Below the pieces are notes generated by a model. The model saw only the letters and a list, made by a program, of their open reading frames with translations, did not search any database and was not told where the DNA came from. Below, in pieces: positions 1 through 8,368 of a DNA stretch of 8,970 nt. The DNA lies in NCBI RefSeq assembly GCF_006345805.1, contig NW_021828177.1:1-8970 (forward strand). The letters run 5' to 3'. This DNA is from Octopus sinensis (taxonomy: Eukaryota). Both the position numbers and the translations under genes were made by a program. The first letter of the stretch is position 1. Every line of letters starts with the position of its first letter.

Positions 1-23
1 ATCTGTGTATATACATTCGTCTA

Positions 24-133
24 GGCTCGATGTAGTCGACTTAAACCTACTCCCCAAATTGCTGGCCTTGTGCCAAAATGTAAAACCATTATTATTGTTG
101 TTGTTGTTATTATTATTATTATTATTATCATTA
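24..133 (+). mobile_element. 3' fragment of SINE family A (tail type A2) with (ATT/GTT)n tail
   Basis: ctcgatgtagtcgact...ccccaaattgctggccttgtgccaaaatgtaaaacc matches the reverse complement of 5867-5930 (gtcgatgtaatcgacc...ccccaaaatgactgcccttgtggcaaaatttgaagc), followed by an ATT-rich tail. Confidence 0.65.
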
Positions 134-152
134 GGAGGAGGAGGAGGAGGAG
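89..152. repeat. Compound microsatellite (ATT/GTT)n followed by (GGA)n
   Basis: Directly visible. Confidence 0.95.
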
Positions 153-491
153 ATGGAGACCCCCTCGGTCATGAATGACCGTAAGATTGTACCTAGAAAG
201 TTACCCTCCGAGACACAAATCCGAGCAAAGTTGTTTTTATGGAAGGCCAACAGTCGCCCATGCATACCCGCCTCTCCTCTCCACACCACTGATGTTATCC
301 AAGGGAAAGGCAAAGGCCAGTACAGCTTGGCACCAGTGATGTCGCAACTCATTTCTACAGCTGAGTGAACTGGAACAACGTGAAATAAAGTGTCTTGCTC
401 AAGAACACAACACGCAGCCCGGTCCGGGAATCGAACTCACTACCTCATGATCGTAAGCTTGTCACTCTAACCACTGAACCATGCTCCTTCA
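153..491 (-). mobile_element. tRNA-derived SINE family B, near full length
   Basis: Reverse complement starts tgaaggagcatggttcagtggttagag (A box) ... gagttcgattccc (B box). Colinear with the + strand copy at 2537-2864. The central tgtgttcttgagcaagacactttatttcac resembles conserved SINE central domains (CORE/Nin/Meta type, not assigned). Confidence 0.85.
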
Positions 492-494
492 TAC

Positions 495-559
<65 letters not shown>
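495..559. repeat. (TTA)n microsatellite, the (AAT)n tail of element D copy 1
   Basis: About 21 perfect units directly adjoining element D. Confidence 0.95.
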
Positions 560-1044
560 GTCATCACTATTATGAGTGAAGGAGCAGCGCATGACATCAA
601 ATTGGCACTGGGCTAAAATATGCGAAGCCCAGTATACACATCATGACTACTCGTCTAATAAGAGCACACCAGGCGCATGCGTCACAACCATATGTGCATG
701 ACATGGTGACTTCATATCAAGATAAACAGCACATGACCTTGCTGGTAGGGCCCAGTTAAAATTTTTTTCTGGCCGAGTAGCCCATCCCGCTCAAAAGGTC
801 CCTGAATAAGGGTTGTTTAAGGATGTTGAAAGAACCACCCATGTTTCCAGAGGTGAATTATTCAAACCCCAAAGAATCCCTCTCAACACATGGCTATGAT
901 GCTCCCCCACTACTACTGCTCGTGATCAGAGATGCACATATCGTCAGCCACTAAGGGACATGCTCAACTGGTTAAGGTCAAACAACTGACAAGCAAATCT
1001 GTGGTAGTGAGCAGAATATTTGCTGTAGCCCATCTTTTATACCA
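560..1044 (-). mobile_element. Element D copy 1: non-coding 3' portion of a LINE-like or non-autonomous retroposon
   Basis: On the minus strand it ends in cactc plus an (AAT)n tail. There is an 8-bp subterminal stem-loop (actgggct 607-614 / agcccagt 626-633). Duplicated at 1079-1562. No RT ORF, so the clade cannot be assigned. Confidence 0.6.

Positions 1045-1078
<34 letters not shown>
1045..1078. repeat. (ATT)n microsatellite, tail of element D copy 2
   Basis: Directly visible between the two D copies. Confidence 0.95.
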
Positions 1079-1635
1079 GTCATCACTATTATGAGTGAAG
1101 GAGCAGCGCATGGCATCAAATTGGCACTGGGCTAAAATATACGAAGCCCAGTATACACATCATGACTACTCGTCTAATAAGAGCACACCAGGCGCATGCG
1201 TCACAACCATATGTGCATGACATGGTGACTTCATATCAAGATAAACAGCACATGACCTTGCTGGTAGGGCCCAGTTAAAAATTTTCTTCTGGTCGAGTAG
1301 CCCATCCCGCTCAAAAGGTCCCTGAATAAGGATTGTTTAAGGATGTTGAACGAACCACCCATGTTTCCAAAGGTGAATTATCCAAACCGCCAAGAATTCT
1401 TTTCAACACACGGCTATGATGCCCCTCCCCCACTACTTCTGCTTGTGATCAGAGATGCACATATCGTCAGCCACTAAGGGATTTGCTCATCTGGTTAAGG
1501 TCAAACAACTGACAAGCAAATACGGTATTGAGCATATTTGCTGTAGCTCATCTTTTATACCAAGACAAAACAATGCACATGATAACATTTCCAATCAGTT
1601 AAGATCAGAAGCCATGAGAGCCACTGTCTGCTACT
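1079..1635 (-). mobile_element. Element D copy 2, extending about 70 nt further 5' than copy 1
   Basis: 1079-1562 aligns to 560-1044 (period 519-520). 1563-1635 is taken as the continuation of the same element (inference). Confidence 0.6.
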
Positions 1636-1692
1636 ATTATTATTATTATTCGTTGTTATTTAATCATTAGCTTGCCAAAAAAGAAAAAAAAA

Positions 1693-1857
1693 CATTTCGT
1701 CCATCTTTACGCTCAAGTTCAAATTTTGTCGAGGTTGTCTTTGCTTTTCATACCCTCGGAATCGATGAAATAAGGACCAGATCGATGTAATTGACTATTC
1801 CCTCCTCTCTTCAAAATTTCAAGCCTACCTATAATATACAGGATTATTATCATCATC
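1693..1857 (+). mobile_element. Degenerate 5'-truncated SINE family A (tail type A3)
   Basis: catttcgtccatctttacgctcaagttcaaattttgtcgaggttgtctttgcttttcat aligns to 7623-7682. Ends in caaaatttcaagcc...aggattattatcatcatc. Confidence 0.7.
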
Positions 1858-2132
1858 TTCCTCTGACCGGGAAGGGAAAGCAGTTTTTATTATCTGTATG
1901 TTGCCTTTCATAAATGAGACTGTTTAGTGAAGAATATTAAAACTGCTAAAAACTAGACGCCGTCCACTTTGTCCATGCCCGCATCAACGTTTTCAATAAT
2001 CGCGCCTAAAAAAATATCTTCTTGAGCGCGATTACTGACAATGACGAACATGTTTCTGCCTTACTGAATCTCAACAGTAAAGCACAGACAACATGAAACT
2101 GATGGAGTAGTCAATGTATGTTTTTAAAGATT

Positions 2133-2501
2133 AAACAAGAGCGCTCAGAGAGCGCAAACTTCCGCCAGGGCAACACCAAAGTCCTCTCAACATTTAGTCA
2201 GATATGGTTTTTAAAATGAGAATATCTGAAATAAACTTGACTACTCTCAAAAAGGAGAATACTAAAAATTAACGCGACTGCTCTCAAAAATTAAGTAAGA
2301 TAAAAAAACAAGAAAAAATAATCCAGAATCCTTGTCCGGTACCGGATCGATCCTAAAATCTAATCAGTTCGTACCAGTCACGAGGCCAAACATCCCTGAA
2401 AGTTTCATCCGAATCCATCCTGCGGTTCTTGAGATATCTTGTTCACAGACAAACAAACATGACTGAAACAATATCTCCGCCTTCGCTAAGGCGGAGGTAA
2501 A
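2133..2501 (-). mobile_element. DINE-1/HINE-like non-autonomous Helentron-associated element
   Basis: Hairpin ctccgcctt-cgct-aaggcggag (2475-2496). Subterminal inverted repeat acttccgcc (2158-2166) vs ggcggaggt (2490-2498), 8/9 match. Short acag/acaa repeat (about 2444-2459). Stem-loop gcgctc-aga-gagcgc (2141-2155). Minus-strand end cttgttt, T-rich flanks, no TSD. Confidence 0.7.
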
Positions 2502-2536
2502 AATGACTATGACTGTTTTGTGGCAGTAGGAGTTGT

Positions 2537-2864
2537 GAAGGTGCATGGCTCAGTGGTTAGAGCATCGGGTTCATAATCATGAAGTAGGGAGTTCGATTCC
2601 CTCACCTGGCTGTGTGTTGTGTACTTGAGCAAGGCATTTTATTTCACGTTGCTCCAGTTCACACAGCTGCGACGTCATTGGTGCCAGGCTGTATCGGCCT
2701 TTCCCTTGGAGAAATTGGTGGCATGGAGAGGGGAAGCTGGTATGCTTGAGCGACTCCTGGTCTTCCATAAATAGCCTTGCCTGGACTTGAACCTCGGAGG
2801 GAAAACTTTCTAGGTGCAGTCCCTTGGTCATTCACGAGCGAAGGAAGTCTTTACCTTTTTTTTT
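2537..2864 (+). mobile_element. tRNA-derived SINE family B, with target-site duplication
   Basis: A box tggctcagtgg (2546-2556), B box gttcgattcc (2591-2600). Flanked by taggagttgt (2527-2536) and taggtgttgt (2865-2874), a 9/10 TSD. Confidence 0.85.
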
Positions 2865-2884
2865 TAGGTGTTGTATTTTGTATA

Positions 2885-3029
2885 GGTGAAGCCATGGCTA
2901 TATGGTAAGTAAGCTTGCTTTGCCAACACGTAGTTTCGGGTTCAGCTCCTTTGCACAGCACTTTAAATAAACGATATCTACTGAATAAGAACCAGATTTA
3001 AATTAAGTCCTGGAATAGGTTTGTTTGAC
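2885..3029 (+). mobile_element. Old degenerate SINE related to family C
   Basis: tggctatatggtaagtaagcttgct...gggttcag resembles the family C head (reverse complement of about 3520-3585). aagtcctggaataggtttgtttgac resembles its 3' module. Confidence 0.5.
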
Positions 3030-3109
3030 AAAATCACGGGGCATATATTCCGGGTGTGCTAGGTATGCGCTGCATACCCATAGCAAATGCCAAATTCATT
3101 ATTAATATT

Positions 3110-3220
3110 AAATTCCACCGAGATCGACTTTGCCTTTCATCCTTTCGTGGTCAATAAATTAAGTACCAGCTGCATACTGGAGTCGATCTAATCGACTAGC
3201 TCCTCCCCCAAAATTTCGGG
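3110..3220 (+). mobile_element. SINE family A internal/3' fragment, tail lost
   Basis: aaattccaccgagatcgactttgcctttcatcctttcgtggtcaataaattaagtaccag aligns to the other A copies. Confidence 0.8.
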
Positions 3221-3381
3221 CTGGAGTAATGCCTTTAGTTGAACAAATCGACCCCAGGACTCATTCTTTGTAAGCCTAGTACTTATTCTATCGGTTACCG
3301 AACCGCTACGTTACGGGGACGTAAACACACCAGCATCGGTTGTCAAGCGATGTTAGGGGGACAAACACAGACATACAAACA

Positions 3382-3415
<34 letters not shown>

Positions 3416-3585
3416 ACACACACACACACACACATACATATATACGACTGGCTTCTTTCCGTTTCCGTCTACCAAATCCATTCACAAGGTTTTGGTCGGC
3501 TTGCCCAAGGTGCCACCCAGTGGGACTGAACACGGAGCCATGTGGTTGGTAAGCATGCTACTTACCACACAGCCACTCCTGCGCC
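3221..3585 (-). mobile_element. tRNA-derived SINE family C with internal (CA)n microsatellite, 3' tail lost
   Basis: Reverse complement starts ggcgcaggagtggctgtgtggtaag (A box) ... gttcagtccc (B box). Colinear with 8696-8970 and 6236-6382. Confidence 0.85.
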
Positions 3586-3686
3586 TAAAACTAGTTTTTA
3601 AACATCGAATGGCTATGGAGGTCCACCAGAATAAAATAGTGATCAAAGGGGTCCATACATAAAAAAAAAATGGTTGAGAAGCCCTG
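3586..3686 (-). mobile_element. Single terminus of a hAT (Charlie-like) MITE or DNA transposon
   Basis: Reverse complement begins cagggcttctcaacc, resembling Charlie/MER5-type TIRs (CAGNGGTTCTCAA). Subterminal repeated ggtcca motifs at about 3620 and 3650. No second TIR seen. Confidence 0.4.
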
Positions 3687-3693
3687 GCCTAGA

Positions 3694-3852
3694 TGCATGT
3701 GTGTGTATATGTACATGTTTGTTAATGTGTTTGTGTGTTTGTGTGCGTGTGTGTGCGCGCTTGTGTGTGTGTGTGTAAGTATGTTGCGTGTGTGCGCACG
3801 CGTGTGTGTGGTGTGTGTGTGTGTGTGTGTGTGTGCAGGTGTTTGCGCGTAT
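3694..3852. repeat. Degenerate (TG)n/(TGCG)n microsatellite
   Basis: Directly visible. Confidence 0.95.
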
Positions 3853-4129
3853 GCTTTCTATACTGGCATGAGAGGAGCAAAACACACAAAAAAAGCTTGT
3901 ATGAGTGGATGCAAGCTGATTGCACGCTTCGGTTGATGAAGCTACAATTGATGAAGCGTATCAAGCAATATTAATAGGTAGGGTGTCGGTCGTGGTGTAA
4001 AGGTGAGGTAGATCATTTGGATTGTGGTGGGAAGGGTGGCAGGCTGAGACGAAATTCGGTTTACGTCCGATGAATTTGGATAGCATGATAGTTGAGGTGA
4101 GGTGTAAGTTGAGTGGGCAGGTAGCTGGA

Positions 4130-4610
4130 AATAAGGAAGGAAGGAAAGAAAGAAGGAAAGGAAGGAAGGAAGGAAAGAAAGAAGAAGATGATGATGATGA
4201 TGATGATGAAAATGAAGAAGAAGAAAGAAAGAAGCTAAAATGCCGATGAAGAAGTGAAAGATGACAACGATGGCGACAAAAGAGGAGTAGAAGGCGGAGG
4301 GGATGAATAAAGTGGAAGAAGAAGAAAGAAGAAGAAGAAGAAGAAGAAGAAGAAGAAGAAGAAGAAGAAGAAGAAGAAGACGACGACGAAGAAGAAGAAG
4401 AGATGAACAAAGAAGTTGAAGAAGAAGAAATTGGAGGTGTATATTTAGGAGTAGCTACACGAAGAAATTGATGAAAAAGAAGGCATGTGGAAGAAAAAGA
4501 AGAAAGGGAGCTGGAAGACGAAGACGAGGAAGCAGAAGTGCGATGAAGGAGATGCATATACAAAAGAGAGAGAGGGGAGCGAATGTTGGTAGATGTGAAA
4601 CAATAGGCGC
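4130..4610. repeat. Purine-rich compound microsatellite: (GGAA)n, (GAT)n, (GAA)n
   Basis: Directly visible, with a long (GAA)n run at about 4315-4400. Confidence 0.95.
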
Positions 4611-4619
4611 GAGAGCAGA

Positions 4620-5630
4620 GGTAATGGTGAGTGGGTGGTTCAGAGCTAGTTGATTGAATGGTGGTGGTGGTTGTTAGTGAAGGTGTTGGTGTTGTTGGCG
4701 GCGGCGGTGGTGGTGGTGGTAATTGTAGTAGTGGTTGGTAGTGCTAGTGGTTGTTGGTGGTGGTGATGCTTGTGGTTGGTGGCATAGTGGTGGTTGCGGT
4801 GGTGGTGGTTTTTGGTTGTTGTTGTTGTTGTTGTTAGTGGTGGTGGTGATGGTGGTAGTATTGGTGGTTGTTAGTAGAGGTGTTCTAGTTGTTGGGTGGG
4901 GCGGCAGCAGCGGCGGCGGCGGTGGTGGTGATAATTGTAGTAGTAGTGATGGTGTGGTAGTGGTGGTAGTGGTTGGTGGTGATGGTGATGCTTGTGGTCG
5001 GTAGTATGGTGGTGGTGGTTGTTAGTGTAGGTGTTGTTGTTGTTGGGGATGGGGGTGCAGCAGTGGTGGTGGTGGCGGTGATAATTGTAGTAGTAGTGAT
5101 GGCGTGGTAGTGGTGGTAGTAGTTGGTGGTGGTTGTGATTGTTGGTGGTAGTGATTGGTTGGTGGTAGTGGCTGGTTGGTGTGGCAGTAGTTGGTGGTGG
5201 TAGTGGTTGGTGGTATGGTGGTGGTGTTTGTGGTTGAGGGTGGAGGTGGTGGTGGTGGTCTTTGGTTGTTGTTGTTGTTAGTGGTGGTGGTGGTTTTGGT
5301 TGGTGGTAGTGATGGGGGAAGTGAGCAAGGTAACAGAAGGCAATTATAACAATATGGTGGTTATTGAATAACTAATTAAAAGGACCGTGGGGGTGTAGTT
5401 GGTGGTGATGGTGATTGGTGATGGCGCTGGTAGCGGTGTCGATGGTAGTGATGATGATGACGATGTTGGCGGTGAGGCTAATGATGGGTCATGGTGATGG
5501 CTATGGTAGTGATAGTGATGGTAGAAATGATGGAGATGGCGCAGGTGGTGGTGCTGGTGATGATGGTGATGGTGGTGACGATGGTGATGATATTAGCAGT
5601 AGTAGTGGTGGTGGTAGTGATGAAGATAAT
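4620..5630. repeat. (GGT/GTT/AGT/GAT)n low-complexity array with internal higher-order repeat
   Basis: Directly visible. Anchor motifs recur at 4669, 4866 and 5017. Confidence 0.9.
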
Positions 5631-5632
5631 AA

Positions 5633-5863
5633 GGCGGCGAGCTGGCTGAATCGTTAGCACACCGGACGAAATGCTTAGCAGTATTTCGTCTGACGTTACG
5701 TTCTGAGTTCAAATTCCGCCGAGGTCGACTTTGCCTTTCATCCTTTCGGGGTCGATTAAATAAGTGCCAGTTACGCACTGGGGTTGATATAATTGACTTA
5801 ATCCGTTTCTCTGACCTTGTTTGTCCCCTCTGGGTGTAGCCCCTTGTGGGCAGTAAAGAAATA
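5633..5863 (+). mobile_element. SINE family A, full length (tail type A1)
   Basis: ggcggcgagctggctgaatcgttag head, hairpin gacgaaat/atttcgtc (5665-5690), B box gagttcaaattcc, ends gtaaagaaata. Colinear with 7574-7805. Confidence 0.9.
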
Positions 5864-5866
5864 AAA

Positions 5867-6050
5867 TAGCTTCAAATTTTGCCACAAGGGCAGTCATTTT
5901 GGGGGAGGAAGACTGGTCGATTACATCGACTCCCAGTGTTAAGCTGGTACTTATTTTATCGACCCCGAAAGGATGAAAGGTAAAGTCGATCTCGGCGGAA
6001 TTTGAACTCAAAACCTAGCGATGGGCGAAATGCCGCTAAGCATTTCGTCC
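5867..6050 (-). mobile_element. SINE family A, 5'-truncated (tail type A2)
   Basis: Reverse complement of 5916-6050 aligns to 5664-5797 at roughly 85% (manual count). Confidence 0.9.
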
Positions 6051-6202
6051 AAAGAGAGAGACGTAGATAGATATCGATATACACATACAAATACTTACAA
6101 ACATATGCACACAGATACATACATACATACCACACGCATACATAGTTCAAAATTGTACACAAACAAAAACAAAAGTCAAGGATAGGTGAGGGTAAAGCAA
6201 AG
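6051..6202. repeat. Low-complexity AG/ATAC/AC-rich tract
   Basis: Directly visible. Confidence 0.7.
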
Positions 6203-6382
6203 TGGAGGGACACATACACACACATATATATGCATATACGACGGGCTTCATTCAGTTTCCGTCTACCAAATCCCTTCACAAGGCTTTGAACCGCCCGAGT
6301 CTATAGTAGAAGACACTTGGGATTGAACCTGGGACCATGTGATTGAGAAGCAAGCTTCTTACCGCACAGCAACGCCTGCACC
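6203..6382 (-). mobile_element. SINE family C, 5' half
   Basis: Reverse complement reads ggtgcaggcgttgctgtgcggtaagaagcttgct...ggttcaatccc...tttggtagacggaaactgaatgaagcccgtcgtatatg. Confidence 0.85.
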
Positions 6383-6427
6383 CATACATACATACACACA
6401 CACACGCATATATATATATATATATAA

Positions 6428-6479
<52 letters not shown>

Positions 6480-6523
6480 GCATACATACATACATATAAT
6501 ATATATAGACATACATACATATA

Positions 6524-6554
<31 letters not shown>

Positions 6555-6730
6555 ATATTATATATGTATATATATATATATATATCTATATTATAATATA
6601 TATATATTATATATATATATATATATAATATATATAATATATATATATATGTATATGTATATGTATATGTATGCATGTATGTATGTATGTATGTATGTAT
6701 GTATGTATGTATGTATGTATATATATGTGT
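6383..6730. repeat. Compound (TA)n/(TACA)n/(TATG)n microsatellite
   Basis: Directly visible, about 350 bp. Confidence 0.95.
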
Positions 6731-7124
6731 CTTTGTGTAAATATCTGAAGAGAAGAATTCTAGCAATATACAAGGAAAAGAAATATTGGTAAACACATTA
6801 GAATTACATCGAAATATAATTAGTCACTGAGATTTAATTAGTTTAAAACAAAAAACCAAAGACGTCCAAAAATACATCAGTCTTTCCTCTCATATATATA
6901 ATATTCGGCTACTGGAACATAAAAACATATTAATTTCCCTTATTTTTACTATTATACATATATGTATATATAAAACGCCCAAATAACAAGTGGCTATTGT
7001 TTTTGTAGTAGTAGTAGTAGTTGCTGTTGTTTTTAGTTAAATTTTATGTCAATTTTTTAGATGACCAATTCAGTGTGTGGGAAAAAGACTTAGAAACAGT
7101 TTACTAGTGCAAGTGTTGTTAGTG

Positions 7125-7410
7125 GAAAATTCCGCGTCCCGGATGTCATATTGTTCCAAGGGTTATTAGGAAAAAAAAAAAAACGCGCGCCATTTCGGTT
7201 CCTTTTTCTCGACGGTTTTACAGCGTACCAGCCTCTCCAGCTCACTGATATGAGGCTTCTCTTAATAGTTCGATTGGCTAGTATTTGACCTCAAGTGCAT
7301 TTCGGGATCGTCACCTCTCCAACCAATTTTCATTATTTTTTTTCAGCCAAATCAAATGGCTGCCCTCTCAAATGTCGTCTGGATCTTTTTTTAAGATGGC
7401 GTCAGCTTGC
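7125..7410. promoter_or_regulatory. Candidate cis-regulatory segment (unverified)
   Basis: Non-repetitive and CpG-containing. ETS-like ccggatgt 7139-7146, A13 tract 7171-7183, YY1-like cgccattt 7188-7195, aaatggctgcc 7354-7364 and aagatggcg 7393-7401, inverted CCAAT gattggct 7272-7279. Short motifs only. Confidence 0.2.
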
Positions 7411-7571
7411 TAGTGTTGAAAAGCAGTTGACAGCAACCACCGTTTCAGACTGGTCCCAATAAAACTCCTACATCCAGCTTCTTCAGGGAATTGTACTGTA
7501 CTCCAAACAGCTTTCCTCTAGCATCTCATAGCACACGTCATTCTTACCCTAAGCTGCATCTATATTGTTAT

Positions 7572-7990
7572 AAGGCGGCGAGCTGGCAGAAACGTTAGCA
7601 CGCCGGGCGAAATGCTTTCCGGTATTTCGTCTGTCGTTACGTTCTGAGTTCAAATTCCGCCGAGGTCGACTTTGCCTTTCATCCTTTCGGGGTCGATAAT
7701 AAAGTACCAGTTTCGCTCGCACTGGGTCGATGTAATCGGCTTAATCCGTTTGTCTGTCCTTGTTTGTCCACTCTGTGTTTAGCCCCTTGTGGGTAGTAAA
7801 GAATAGGTATTTTCGTCTGCCGCTACGTTCTGAGTTCAAATTCCGCCGAGGTCGACTTTGCCTTTCATCCTTTCGGGGTCGATAAATAATGTACCAGTTT
7901 CGCACTTGGGTCGATGTAATCGGCTTAATCCGTTTGTCTGTCCTTGTTTGTCCCCTCTGTGCTTAGCCCCTTGTAGGTAGTAAAGAAATA
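7572..7990 (+). mobile_element. SINE family A dimer (full monomer plus headless second unit) with 11-bp TSD
   Basis: TSD tatattgttat at 7561-7571 and 7991-8001. Units 7621-7805 and 7806-7990 are both 185 nt. Confidence 0.92.
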
Positions 7991-8306
7991 TATATTGTTA
8001 TTTTGTGAAACAATGATACATCTCGTCATATGTATGACCAGAGGTATTCGTCTGTTCAAACGTAAAAACACGTGAATTTTTTTCCTCCCTTTTACTTATT
8101 ATATGTGTAAAATTTCTCAAATAACTGGCTGCTGTTTATGTAGTTGTACTTTTTAGTGCAATTTCAAGTGATCATTCAGAATATGACCAATTCATAAGTG
8201 TGAAAAAATACTTTTTAAGCTTTTTGTTCTTCCGTAAATTCGCAACAAATATCAATGCAAATGTTTGCAAAACTCCGTCTTTCAGATCTTTTGGGCCAAT
8301 TGTCCC

Positions 8307-8317
8307 ATATATATATG

Positions 8318-8363
<46 letters not shown>

Positions 8364-8368
8364 TATAT
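8307..8368. repeat. (TA)n microsatellite
   Basis: Directly visible. Confidence 0.95.

Noticed and set aside
880-945. Hammerhead in element D (minus-strand ctgacga)
   Set aside because: No stem II followed by GAAA at a suitable distance.
2537-2610. tRNA gene (also the heads at about 420-491, 3515-3585 and 5633-5720)
   Set aside because: A and B boxes are present, but no complete cloverleaf is evident and each continues into a shared SINE body.
3062-3078. Hairpin ggtatgc-gct-gcatacc as a MITE end
   Set aside because: Only 7 bp, with no partner terminus or TSD seen.
4620-5660. Possible Thr-rich mucin-like (minus) or Gly/Asp-rich (plus) exon
   Set aside because: Triplet phase shifts repeatedly, stops interrupt the frames, and the ORFs run into SINE sequence.
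7328-7460. Exon after the acceptor-like ttttcattattttttttcag
   Set aside because: All three frames stop within about 40 codons and there is no other support for a coding exon. A non-coding exon cannot be excluded.
7251-7490. Mariner transposase remnant on the minus strand (fragments HLRGQPF, ENWL, IELLRE)
   Set aside because: Needs frameshifts and stops, lacks the YSPDLAP motif at the right spacing, and has no TIRs. Compatible with chance; tblastx would settle it.
7621-7990. CRISPR-like or satellite array
   Set aside because: Two 185-nt SINE units with no repeat-spacer structure, in a eukaryotic context.
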